Origin: Acidimicrobiales bacterium
Lineage (GTDB): Bacteria; Actinomycetota; Acidimicrobiia; Acidimicrobiales; VFJN01
Reading direction: 5' to 3'
NCBI GenBank assembly: GCA_035649455.1
Contig: DASRJN010000491.1
Location: 1-44,521, forward strand
Length of the DNA stretch: 44,521 bases
Below the pieces are notes generated by a model. It was not told the DNA's origin. It did not search any database and was given only the letters and a program-made list of their open reading frames with translations. Made by a program: the position numbers and the translations under genes. This document shows positions 32,757 through 41,072 of the stretch, in pieces (position 1 is the stretch's first letter; each line of letters starts with the position of its first letter).

Positions 32757-33332
32757 ATGAGCAAGCGGGCACCCCGGGCATCGAACATGGCAGCGGCCGC
32801 GGCGGCGATGACCGATCCGTACGTCGAGCGCGTCTCGCACCGGGTGACCGAGGGCCTGGCGCAGCGGCTGGTCGCCCTGCGCGAGCTGGGCCACGACGCC
32901 GAGGACCTGGGCGACCCCGACGACCTGGCCGCCCGCATGCTGGCCACGGTGCCCGAGCCCTCCCCCTGGGCCGAACTGGGGCCGTACTACAGCACCTCCG
33001 GGATCGCCCGGGTGCTGGGCGGCGTGTCCCGCCAGGCGGTCGAGGAGCGGCGCCGGAGGCGCACCATCCTGGCCCTGCGCACGGCAGACGACGTCTGGGT
33101 CTATCCCGCGTTCCAGCTCGACGAACACAACCAGGTCCTCCGGGGCCTCGCCGATGTGCTGGGCCGGTTCCGCCCGCAGACCGACAGCGACTGGATGGTC
33201 GCCTCATTCCTGGCCGCTCCCCAACCGGGGTTGGGCGGGCTCAGCATCGTCGACCACCTTCGGGACGGGGGCGACCTCGACCCCGTGGTCGCCCTCGCGC
33301 GCGAGCGCGCCGCCCGCTGGTCCGCGGCGTAA
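32757..33332 (+). CDS. Xre/MbcA/ParS-type antitoxin (HTH plus DUF2384-like toxin-binding C-terminal domain)
   Basis: YYSTSGIARVLGGVSRQAVEERRRRRTILALRTADDVWVYPAFQLD (HTH/excisionase-like). The C-terminal WMVASFLAAPQPGLGGLSIVDHLRDGG fits the DUF2384 pattern. It lies directly upstream of a RES gene. Confidence 0.7.
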   Translation: MSKRAPRASNMAAAAAAMTDPYVERVSHRVTEGLAQRLVALRELGHDAEDLGDPDDLAARMLATVPEPSPWAELGPYYSTSGIARVLGGVSRQAVEERRRRRTILALRTADDVWVYPAFQLDEHNQVLRGLADVLGRFRPQTDSDWMVASFLAAPQPGLGGLSIVDHLRDGGDLDPVVALARERAARWSAA

Positions 33333-33395
33333 CCTCGGCGCCGGCGGAGCACGAACCAGCGATCGCTGCCCCGCGCCCGGAGGCCGCCCGAGGCC

Positions 33396-34046
33396 ATGGT
33401 CCAAGACGCCAAGCGCCATCCCGACACCCGCCAGATCCCCAGCATCGGGGCACCGCCCGACCCCGACGACCTGGCCGGCTTCCCCGTGTGGCACGTGCAC
33501 GCGGGCACCACCCTGTGCCGGGTCACCACGTCGGGCTTCGGACCCTGGTGGTTCTCCAGCGACGGCCAGGGCCGCTTCGACCTGGAGCCGCCCCGCGGCA
33601 CCTGCTACCTGGCCGACGACGAGATCGGGGCACTGCTGGAGGTGCTGGGCCCCATCGTGGTGGTCAGCTCCGGGTGGGCCCGGCGGCTCGCGCTGTGGCA
33701 CCTGGACCTGCCCGAGCAGTGCTCCGCCGCCGACACCAGCGTGCGGGCGGCCCGGGGCTACGGCGTCACCGCCGAGCTGGCCAGCATGACGCCGTACGAC
33801 CTGCCGCAGCGCTGGGCCGCGGCGTTCGCGGCCGCCGGCTACCAGGGTGTCCGCTACCGGGTGCGCCACGACCCCAGCGGCGGCCGGGCGCTGGCCCTGT
33901 TCGGGACGGCGGGCGAGCGCCACCGCTGGCCTCTGGGCCGGCGCCGCGCGATCGACGACGCGCTGCTCGACCGCCTGTGGGACGAGACCGGCATCCCGGT
34001 CGCCGCGGTGCCGCGCACCACCGACCTCGGCGAGATCCTGGACTAG
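33396..34046 (+). CDS. RES domain toxin (NAD+-targeting MbcT/Res family)
   Basis: GRFD (Arg), CYLADDEIGALLEV (Tyr/Glu) and AGYQGVRYRVRHDPSGGRALALF match the RES domain layout. Confidence 0.72.
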   Translation: MVQDAKRHPDTRQIPSIGAPPDPDDLAGFPVWHVHAGTTLCRVTTSGFGPWWFSSDGQGRFDLEPPRGTCYLADDEIGALLEVLGPIVVVSSGWARRLALWHLDLPEQCSAADTSVRAARGYGVTAELASMTPYDLPQRWAAAFAAAGYQGVRYRVRHDPSGGRALALFGTAGERHRWPLGRRRAIDDALLDRLWDETGIPVAAVPRTTDLGEILD

Positions 34047-34047
34047 G

Positions 34048-34053
34048 TAACCT
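34048..34053 (+). promoter_or_regulatory. -10-like TAACCT 7 nt upstream of the bL37 ATG (leaderless start)
   Basis: No Shine-Dalgarno sequence in the 14-nt gap. The same hexamer precedes ligA. Confidence 0.3.
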
Positions 34054-34060
34054 CGCCGCC

Positions 34061-34141
34061 ATGTCGAAGAAGACGGCCAAGCGCCGGGCCAAGGCCCGCC
34101 GCAAGAAGGCCAACCACCGGCGCAAGCCCAACGCCCGCTGA
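34061..34141 (+). CDS. 26-aa basic micro-protein, probable large-subunit ribosomal protein bL37
   Basis: MSKKTAKRRAKARRKKANHRRKPNAR. Its length, charge and the KANH..RKPN tail resemble the mycobacterial bL37 I recall (...KANHGKRPN.). It is not listed as its own ORF in the track. Confidence 0.6.
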   Translation: MSKKTAKRRAKARRKKANHRRKPNAR

Positions 34142-34193
34142 GCCTCCGCTGGCCATCCTGCCCCCGCTGCCGCCCGCCCGCCGGGACGGCGTC

Positions 34194-36239
34194 GTGGACG
34201 TCTACCACGGCGTGGAGGTCCCCGACCCCTACCGCTGGCTGGAGGACGGCGACGCCGCCGACACCCGCGCCTGGGTGGCGGCCCACAACGCCCGCACCCG
34301 GGCCGCGCTCGACGCCCAGCCCGACCGGCCCGGCCTCGTCGCACGCTTCGGCGCCCTGTACGCCGCGGGCCGGGCCGGTGCCCCCTCGATCCGCGGCGGA
34401 CGGCTGTTCTCCGTCGACCGGTGGGCCGGCCACGAGCAGGCCGTGCTGGTGGTGCGCGACGTCCACGGCGACCGCGTGCCGGCGAGCCGCACGCTGCTCG
34501 ACCCCCACGAGCTGACCGGCGACCCCACCGCCGCGCTCGACTGGTACTCGCCCTCGAACGACGGGCGGCTGGTCGCCTTCGGGACGTCCCTCGGCGGCGA
34601 CGAGCGCAGCACCCTCGGCGTGGTCGACGTGGCCACCGGTGAGGTGCTGAGCGATCGCATCCCGCGCACCCGGGCCTGCACGGTGGCCTGGGCCCCGGAC
34701 GGCCGGGCGTTCGCCTACACCCGCTACCCCGACCCGGCGTCCGTGGGCGAGGACGAGGCCAACTACCACCGCACCGTCTGGTGGCATGCGCTCGGCGACG
34801 ACCCCGGCCACGACGAGCTGGTGTTCGGCGACCTCCCTGACAAGCGGGCGTGGGCCTCGGTCGAACTGTCCCGCGACGGCCGCTGGCTGGTGGTGGAGCT
34901 GACGCTGGGCTGGACGCGGTGCGACGTCCACGTGATCGACCGCAGCGCCGGCGAGCGCACCACGGTGATCGAGGGTGTCGATGCCATGTCGTCGTTCACC
35001 GTGGTGGACGACCTGCTGGTCGGCACCACCACGCTCGACGCCCCACGGGGGCGGGTGGTGGTGGCGCCGCTGGCGTCGCCCGAGTCCGAGCACTGGCGCA
35101 CCGTGGTGGCCGAGTCCGGCGACGTCATCGAGGGCATGGCCGTCACCGCCGCGTCGCTCCTGGTCGCGTCCACCCGCCGGGCCACCGCCCGCCTGTCTTT
35201 GGTCCCCCGAGCCGCGCTCGCGGCGTCCGAGCCCGTCGCCCCGGTCGAGATCACCCTCCCCGAGCCGGGATCGCTGGCGGGGCTGGCCGGCGACCGGGAC
35301 AGCGACACCGCGGTGGTGGCCTTCACCTCGTGGGCGCGCCCGTCGGAGCTGTGGCGCTGGTCGCCGGACGAGGGCGGGGCCGAGCTGGAGCGCTGGAGCG
35401 ACCTGGGATCCCCGGTCGACCCCGGCGACTACACCGTCGGCGTCGACCGCTATCCGTCGACCGACGGCACCGAGATCACCCTGTTCACCGTGCGCCGGAG
35501 TGGCACCGCACCCGGTCCGGGCACCCCGACGCTGCTCACCGGGTACGGCGGCTTCGCGGTGACGATGAGCCCGGGATACAGCCCGCGGGCGGTGGCGGTG
35601 GCCGACGACGGCGGGGTCTACGCGGTCGCCTGCATCCGCGGTGGCTCGGAGGAGGGCGAGGACTGGCACCGGGCGGGCATGCGGGAGCACCGCCAGCAGG
35701 TGCTCGACGACTTCGCGGCCGCGGCCCGGTGGTTGGTGGACGAAGGCCGCACCACACCGGAGCACCTGGCCGTCGAGGGCGGCAGCAACGGCGGGCTGCT
35801 GGTCGCGGCCACGCTCACACAGCTCCCGGACCTGTGCCGGGCAGTCGTGTGCGCGGTCCCGCTGACCGACATGGTCCGCTTTCCCCGCTTCCTCATCGCC
35901 CAGCTGTGGACGCCCGAGTACGGCGACCCCGCGGTGGCCGAGGAGTTCGCCTGGCTGTGGGACTACTCGCCTTACCACCACGTGGCCGAGGGCACCTGCT
36001 ACCCGGCCACGCTGATCCTCACGGGCGAGGAGGACAGCCGGGTGGACCCCGCCCACGCCCGCAAGTTCGGTGCCGCCCTGGGCTGGGCCACCGGCTGCCC
36101 CGAGGACCATCCCGTGCTGGTGCGCATCGAGGCGCGGGCCGGCCACGGCCAGGGCAAGCCGGCGACCAAGCAGGCCGACGAGGCCGCCGACGTCCAGGTC
36201 TTCCTACGGTCCCAGATCGGCCTCGGGCCCGGAGGGTGA
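34194..36239 (+). CDS. prolyl oligopeptidase (S9A family)
   Basis: DPYRWLED N-terminal motif, a beta-propeller region, and a C-terminal catalytic domain with GGSNGGLL (Ser). GTG 34194 is the first canonical start, but conserved residues lie upstream (see findings). Confidence 0.88.
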   Translation: MDVYHGVEVPDPYRWLEDGDAADTRAWVAAHNARTRAALDAQPDRPGLVARFGALYAAGRAGAPSIRGGRLFSVDRWAGHEQAVLVVRDVHGDRVPASRTLLDPHELTGDPTAALDWYSPSNDGRLVAFGTSLGGDERSTLGVVDVATGEVLSDRIPRTRACTVAWAPDGRAFAYTRYPDPASVGEDEANYHRTVWWHALGDDPGHDELVFGDLPDKRAWASVELSRDGRWLVVELTLGWTRCDVHVIDRSAGERTTVIEGVDAMSSFTVVDDLLVGTTTLDAPRGRVVVAPLASPESEHWRTVVAESGDVIEGMAVTAASLLVASTRRATARLSLVPRAALAASEPVAPVEITLPEPGSLAGLAGDRDSDTAVVAFTSWARPSELWRWSPDEGGAELERWSDLGSPVDPGDYTVGVDRYPSTDGTEITLFTVRRSGTAPGPGTPTLLTGYGGFAVTMSPGYSPRAVAVADDGGVYAVACIRGGSEEGEDWHRAGMREHRQQVLDDFAAAARWLVDEGRTTPEHLAVEGGSNGGLLVAATLTQLPDLCRAVVCAVPLTDMVRFPRFLIAQLWTPEYGDPAVAEEFAWLWDYSPYHHVAEGTCYPATLILTGEEDSRVDPAHARKFGAALGWATGCPEDHPVLVRIEARAGHGQGKPATKQADEAADVQVFLRSQIGLGPGG

Positions 36240-37165
36240 ACGTCCTCGACCAGGTGCGCGCCGCGTGCGCGACGGTCGCGGGCCGCGCGGAGCATGTGAC
36301 CGTGCACGAGGAGGCGATCACCGTCCTGGCCGCGACGCTCGACCCTGTCGAGCCCCCGCTGCTGCCCGAGGAGCAGCCGGCGGGCGACGACGACGCGGTG
36401 GCGGCCACAGTGCTGGCCTGGAACGCAGTCAACTTCGGCTCGGGCTGGTTCCCCGACCTGCGCAAACGCCCCCACCTCTCGGGCGCTCGCAGCCTGGCCG
36501 CGGCTTGGGCCGGCCACGTGGACCGGCACGGCCCTCCGACTGCACCATGGCTCGCCGAGGCGGATGCGGCCCGCTGCGCCCGCCTGTTCGACCAGCCTCA
36601 CCCGGGCCCGGTCGACGACCTGCTGGAGCTGTTCGCCCGGGCCTGGCGCGACCTGGGGGCGCTGCTGGAGGGCTTCGGGGGCTCGGCCGCCTCGCTGGTC
36701 CGCTCGGCCGGCGGGTCGGCGGCCGCGCTCGTGGACATCCTGGGCGCCATGCCCCTGGCCCACGACGTGGCCCGCCACCGCGGCGTGGAGGTCCCGCTGT
36801 ACAAGCGCGCCCAGATCACCGCCTCCCACCTGGCCCGGGCCACCGGCGGTACCGGGCTCGGCGCCTTCGCCGACGGCCACCGGCTGACCGCCTTCGCCGA
36901 CAACCTCGTGCCCCACGTGCTGCGCATGGCCGGCGTGCTCGGCTACGACGGCGGGCTGGCAGCCCGCATCCAGGCGGGCACGCTGCTGGCGCCGGGCAGC
37001 CCCGAGGAGGTGGAGATCCGGGCCTGTGGCTTGCACGCGGTCGAATTGCTCTCGGCGGACACCGGGCTCCCGGCGGCGGCCCTCGACCACCAGCTGTGGC
37101 AGCGGGGCCAGGACCCCGCCATCAAGGCGGTGCCGCGGCATCGCTGCCGCTGCCCGTGGTACTGA
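36236..37165 (+). CDS. DUF2419 / Qng1-like queuosine salvage family protein
   Basis: NFGSGWF, PLYKRAQITASHL, LTAFADNLVPHVLR, GSPEEVEIRA and the C-terminal HRCRCPWY match my recollection of the family. The GTG overlaps the oligopeptidase stop (GTGA). Confidence 0.62.
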   Translation: MNVLDQVRAACATVAGRAEHVTVHEEAITVLAATLDPVEPPLLPEEQPAGDDDAVAATVLAWNAVNFGSGWFPDLRKRPHLSGARSLAAAWAGHVDRHGPPTAPWLAEADAARCARLFDQPHPGPVDDLLELFARAWRDLGALLEGFGGSAASLVRSAGGSAAALVDILGAMPLAHDVARHRGVEVPLYKRAQITASHLARATGGTGLGAFADGHRLTAFADNLVPHVLRMAGVLGYDGGLAARIQAGTLLAPGSPEEVEIRACGLHAVELLSADTGLPAAALDHQLWQRGQDPAIKAVPRHRCRCPWY

Positions 37166-37187
37166 CGGCCGACTAGCGTCCGCTCGC

Positions 37188-37811
37188 GTGGGCACCCCGC
37201 CACCGCCGCTGGTCGAGATCACCGTGGGCGACGAGCCCGCGGCGTGGGCTTCGGTCGGGTTCGCCGTCGGCGACGATGGCACCACCGGCGTCGGCACGGT
37301 GGGGCTGCGCCTCGCCGGTCCGGCCGCCGGCCGCGGCATCACCGGCTGGGCGCTGGCGGACGGGGGCGGCGACATCGACGGCCTGCCCACCGCCGCGGCC
37401 GACCTCGACGCCCTCCCCGCCGGCGCGCCACACCACGCCAACGGTGTGCTGTCCATCGACCACCTCGTGGTGGCCACCCCGGACCTGGAGCGCACCACCG
37501 CCGCCCTCGAGGACCGGGGCATCCTGGCGCGGCGCACCCGCGAGGCCGGGCGCGGCCGGGCCCAGCGCTTCTTCCGCCTGGGCGAGGTCATCGTCGAGCT
37601 GATCGGGCCGACCGAGCCCGCGGGCGACGGGCCCGCCTCGTTCTGGGGTCTGGCCTTCACCGTGGCCGACCTCGACGCCACCGCCGCCCAGCTGAACGGG
37701 CGGATCGGTGAGACCAAGGCGGCAGTCCAGCCCGGGCGGCACATCGCCACCCTCCACGCGGGTGACGAGATCTCGGTGCCCGTGGCCTTCATGTCGCAAG
37801 CCCGCCGCTAG
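37188..37811 (+). CDS. VOC / glyoxalase-fold family protein
   Basis: SIDHLVVATPDLERTTAALEDRG ... FFRLGEVIVELIGP ... WGLAFTVADLDA. The GTG has TAGCGT 8 nt upstream. Confidence 0.65.
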   Translation: MGTPPPPLVEITVGDEPAAWASVGFAVGDDGTTGVGTVGLRLAGPAAGRGITGWALADGGGDIDGLPTAAADLDALPAGAPHHANGVLSIDHLVVATPDLERTTAALEDRGILARRTREAGRGRAQRFFRLGEVIVELIGPTEPAGDGPASFWGLAFTVADLDATAAQLNGRIGETKAAVQPGRHIATLHAGDEISVPVAFMSQARR

Positions 37812-37823
37812 CCTGCCGACGCC

Positions 37824-38426
37824 ATGCTCGACCACGTCTTCACCGATGCCATCGGGGCCCTGCGGGACTCGCTCGAGGGCGCCCTGCTCGAACGCCAGGC
37901 GTTCGAGGAGCGGTTCCAGGTCGACGTGCTGCTGGGCGACGTGACCTGGGAGACGTCCTACGGGCTGCCGGGCGAGGGGCTGCCGCCCCGGGTCCAGGCC
38001 GACCTGACGCTCGACTGGCCGACGTGGGCGCAGACGGCGTACCGGTCGTGGTACATCGGCGAGCCGTTCCACGATCCGCCCCGCATCGAGATCGAGCTGG
38101 TGCTGCGGGTCCAGCGCCTGGCCGAGTCGCCCGAGCCGAGCGTGGTGCTGGCGGTGCTGCCCGAGTCGAGCGCCCCCATCGGGAGCGAGCACCTCGAGCG
38201 GTCCGGCCCCACCATCGAGACGGTCTGCTCGGCCGACCTCAACGAGCGCGAGTTCGCCATCGAGGTGTCCTACGAGGGCAGCTACGAACTCGACGAGGAG
38301 ACCCTGGCCGACGGCACCATCCTCGATGACCACCTGAGCGCCATGGGCGGCTGGATCGCCTCCACGCTGGTCAAGCTGGGCGACCTGACGCTGCCCTTCC
38401 TGCCCCCGGTCGACGAGCACGAATAA
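37824..38426 (+). CDS. acidic cytoplasmic protein, no recognisable family
   Basis: 200-aa ORF with genome-typical codon bias and no TM or signal peptide. TAGCCT lies 9 nt upstream of the ATG. Confidence 0.5.
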   Translation: MLDHVFTDAIGALRDSLEGALLERQAFEERFQVDVLLGDVTWETSYGLPGEGLPPRVQADLTLDWPTWAQTAYRSWYIGEPFHDPPRIEIELVLRVQRLAESPEPSVVLAVLPESSAPIGSEHLERSGPTIETVCSADLNEREFAIEVSYEGSYELDEETLADGTILDDHLSAMGGWIASTLVKLGDLTLPFLPPVDEHE

Positions 38427-38530
38427 CTACTCCGCGCCGTGGTTCGACCACTGAGCGCTTGACCTTCGGCGGTCGCTGCGGAATCGTTCCCCCGGCGATT
38501 CACCCCCATCGTCGAGCGGAGAGGTTCGTC

Positions 38531-39496
38531 ATGGCGATGCGCCCCACGCGCTGGCTGGCAACGGTGCTCTGCGCGGCAGCCATCGGCTCTGCCGCCGGCT
38601 GCCACAAGCCCCCGGCCTACGAGACGAACAGCTTCTACATGGGGCGCACCAGCGAGGCCGACTCGGTGTCCCTGGGCTGCGCCAACTCCGGCAAGGCCGG
38701 CCGGATGACGCTGTTCTTCGGGGCGCCGACCACGGTCAACGGCGTCCCCGGCGCCACGGTGTGGGGGGCGCCCGACATCGACGTGAACCAGATCGGCAAG
38801 AGCGTCACCGACTTCGTGCGGGGCTATGCCTACTGCCGCCAGGATCCCAGCTTCCGGATCCTCATCGGCATCGGCACCAGCAACAGCGCCATCGACGGCC
38901 GGACGGACGACTGGCTCTACCAGCACGGCCAGGCGTGGGCGACGATGGTCCGCCAGGTGGCGGACGTGGTCAACGCCAACTGGTCGTGGGCCGCACAGAT
39001 CTACGCCGCCTGGGACGCCGAACCGTCGTGGTCGCAGTTCACCAAGGCCAACGCCTGGATGGCTGGCTACGACTCGGTTCCCGGCCGCCTGGCCCTCTAC
39101 TACAACGGCTCCGCCGACGGCTGCCCGACCACCGAGGCGGGCATCGCCGGGCCCTGGGGCGGGCCTTGCAACAACGCCTGGAACCAGAATGCCGTCTGGT
39201 ACCTGAGCTGGGCCTACGACCCGGCTCTGCCGTTCCCCCAGATCTACGCCACCAGCGGGGTGAACGCCCGCCAGTGGCAGCTCATCGACCTGTTCGCCAC
39301 CACGGTCAGAGGCGACGGCATGTTCTTCTTCGGGACCATGAGCCAGTCCGGGGCGTGCCAGCAGAACGGCGGGTGCCCCGGCACGGACAACACCGTCCAC
39401 CAGGCCTGGGACTTCATGACCTCGTGGCTGAAGAGCGATGCCCGCACCCAGCAGGGCGAGATCGACGGCATGACCGACGTCCGCTGGAACACGTGA
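38531..39496 (+). CDS. Trp/Tyr/Cys-rich secreted lipoprotein, function unknown
   Basis: MAMRPTRWLATVLCAAAIGSAAGC has a signal peptide plus lipobox. GGAGAGG lies 7 nt upstream of ATG 38531; the track ORF starts earlier, at 38459. Confidence 0.6.
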   Translation: MAMRPTRWLATVLCAAAIGSAAGCHKPPAYETNSFYMGRTSEADSVSLGCANSGKAGRMTLFFGAPTTVNGVPGATVWGAPDIDVNQIGKSVTDFVRGYAYCRQDPSFRILIGIGTSNSAIDGRTDDWLYQHGQAWATMVRQVADVVNANWSWAAQIYAAWDAEPSWSQFTKANAWMAGYDSVPGRLALYYNGSADGCPTTEAGIAGPWGGPCNNAWNQNAVWYLSWAYDPALPFPQIYATSGVNARQWQLIDLFATTVRGDGMFFFGTMSQSGACQQNGGCPGTDNTVHQAWDFMTSWLKSDARTQQGEIDGMTDVRWNT

Positions 39497-39509
39497 TCGG
39501 AGCGATGCG

Positions 39510-40172
39510 ATGAGCGACAAGCCCAGGCGCTTCCGGCTGCGGAGCTCCGTGCTGTTGGCCGCGGTGATCCTGGCCGGCGTGGGCGCGTCGGCCGCGGCCA
39601 GCGCCAGCTTGAGCAGCACCAGCTCGTCCGCCCCCACAGGCGTCGAGCAGCAGCTCCAGGACGAGATCGACGCCCTGAGGGCCGCGGGCCTGCCGGCCAG
39701 CGACCCCAAGGTGCGGATGCTCCAGCGCAGCCTCGACCGGCTGCGGGCGCCCGTGCCCGCCAACCCGCGACGCGACCCGCGAGGCGACGTGCCCGCGCTG
39801 CTGTCCGAAGCGAGCGAGCAGCAGGCCGACCCCCGGGCCGCCGCAACCGAGGCCGCGGCCGAGGGTGAACCGCTGTGGGAGTCGGGCACCGTCGACTGCG
39901 AGCCCGTGCCCGGTCTGCTGTCCGCGGCCGAGGTGGCCGGGGCGACGTGCGTGAGCGTCCCCCAGCCCGACGGCACGAGCCGCTATGTGGCGCTGGGCGC
40001 CGACGGCGTGGCCCGCACCGTGATGTTCGGCATCGACGGCCAGGTCCAGCGCCTCCCGGACACCCAGGTGCCCGCCGGCCTCGCCCCCGGCACCGCGGTG
40101 ACCCCCACACCCGACGGCGACCTCCAGCTCGCCCCGCCGGGCCGGCAACCCACCGTCATCGACGTCGGCTGA
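39510..40172 (+). CDS. secreted or membrane-anchored protein, function unknown
   Basis: RFRLRSSVLLAAVILAGVGASAAASA is a signal or anchor. GGAG lies 7 nt upstream. The gene starts 13 nt after the lipoprotein gene. Confidence 0.5.
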   Translation: MSDKPRRFRLRSSVLLAAVILAGVGASAAASASLSSTSSSAPTGVEQQLQDEIDALRAAGLPASDPKVRMLQRSLDRLRAPVPANPRRDPRGDVPALLSEASEQQADPRAAATEAAAEGEPLWESGTVDCEPVPGLLSAAEVAGATCVSVPQPDGTSRYVALGADGVARTVMFGIDGQVQRLPDTQVPAGLAPGTAVTPTPDGDLQLAPPGRQPTVIDVG

Positions 40173-40199
40173 CCGCGGCCGGTAGGCCAGACTGCGGGC

Positions 40200-41072
40200 G
40201 TGGACCCGCGGCTGCTGATCCTGGCTGCGGCCACGCTCTGGGGGACGACGGGCACGGCTCGGGCGCTCGGCCCGGACGATGCCTCGCCCGCGGCGGTGGG
40301 CGCGGCCCGGCTGATCGTGGGCGGGGTGTTGCTGCTGGGCATCGTGGCCCTGCGCCGCGGGCCGGGGCTCGGTGGCGCGCCCGGGCGCCCGCTGGCGGCG
40401 GCCGACCTGGCCGGTCTGGGCGCGGCGGCGCTGGCGATGGCCGCCTACCAGCCCTTGTTCTTCGGGGGCGTCGCCCGGACCGGCGTGGCCATCGGCACCG
40501 TGGTGGGCATCGGCAGCTCGCCGGTGTTCGCCGGGATCCTCGGCCGGGTGGTGCGGGGCGAGCGTCCCGGGCGGCGCTGGCTGGTCGCCACCACGCTGGC
40601 GCTGGCCGGCACCGCCCTGCTGCTCGGCACCGGTGACCGCGACGACGTCGACCCGCTGGGCGTCGGGCTGGCGCTGGGCGCAGGCCTGGCCTACGCCTGC
40701 TACGTCCTCGCCTCCAAGCTGGTGCTGGACCGGGGCTGGCCGCCCGACGCGGTGACGGCCCGCGTGTTCACCGCCGCCGCGGTGCTGCTGGTGCCGGTGG
40801 CACTGGTGGCCGGCGTGGGCCCGCTGGCCTCGCCGGGCGGCCTGGCCGTCGTCGTGTGGCTGGGGGTCGCCACGGTCGCGCTCGCCTACGTGCTGTTCGG
40901 CCGCGGCCTGCTGGGCGTGGGCGTGGCCACGGCCGGCACGCTCACGCTGGCCGAGCCGGCCACCGCCGCCGTGCTCGGCGTCGTGGTGGTGGGCGAGCGC
41001 TTCGGGGGCACCACCCTCGCGGGCATCGCCCTCATCGTCGCCGGCCTGATCGCGCTGGCCGGCCGCCGTTAG
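40200..41072 (+). CDS. EamA/DMT superfamily transporter
   Basis: Ten predicted TM helices in two EamA repeats (LWGTTGTA..., LAYVLFGRGL...). GTG start. Confidence 0.8.
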   Translation: MDPRLLILAAATLWGTTGTARALGPDDASPAAVGAARLIVGGVLLLGIVALRRGPGLGGAPGRPLAAADLAGLGAAALAMAAYQPLFFGGVARTGVAIGTVVGIGSSPVFAGILGRVVRGERPGRRWLVATTLALAGTALLLGTGDRDDVDPLGVGLALGAGLAYACYVLASKLVLDRGWPPDAVTARVFTAAAVLLVPVALVAGVGPLASPGGLAVVVWLGVATVALAYVLFGRGLLGVGVATAGTLTLAEPATAAVLGVVVVGERFGGTTLAGIALIVAGLIALAGRR

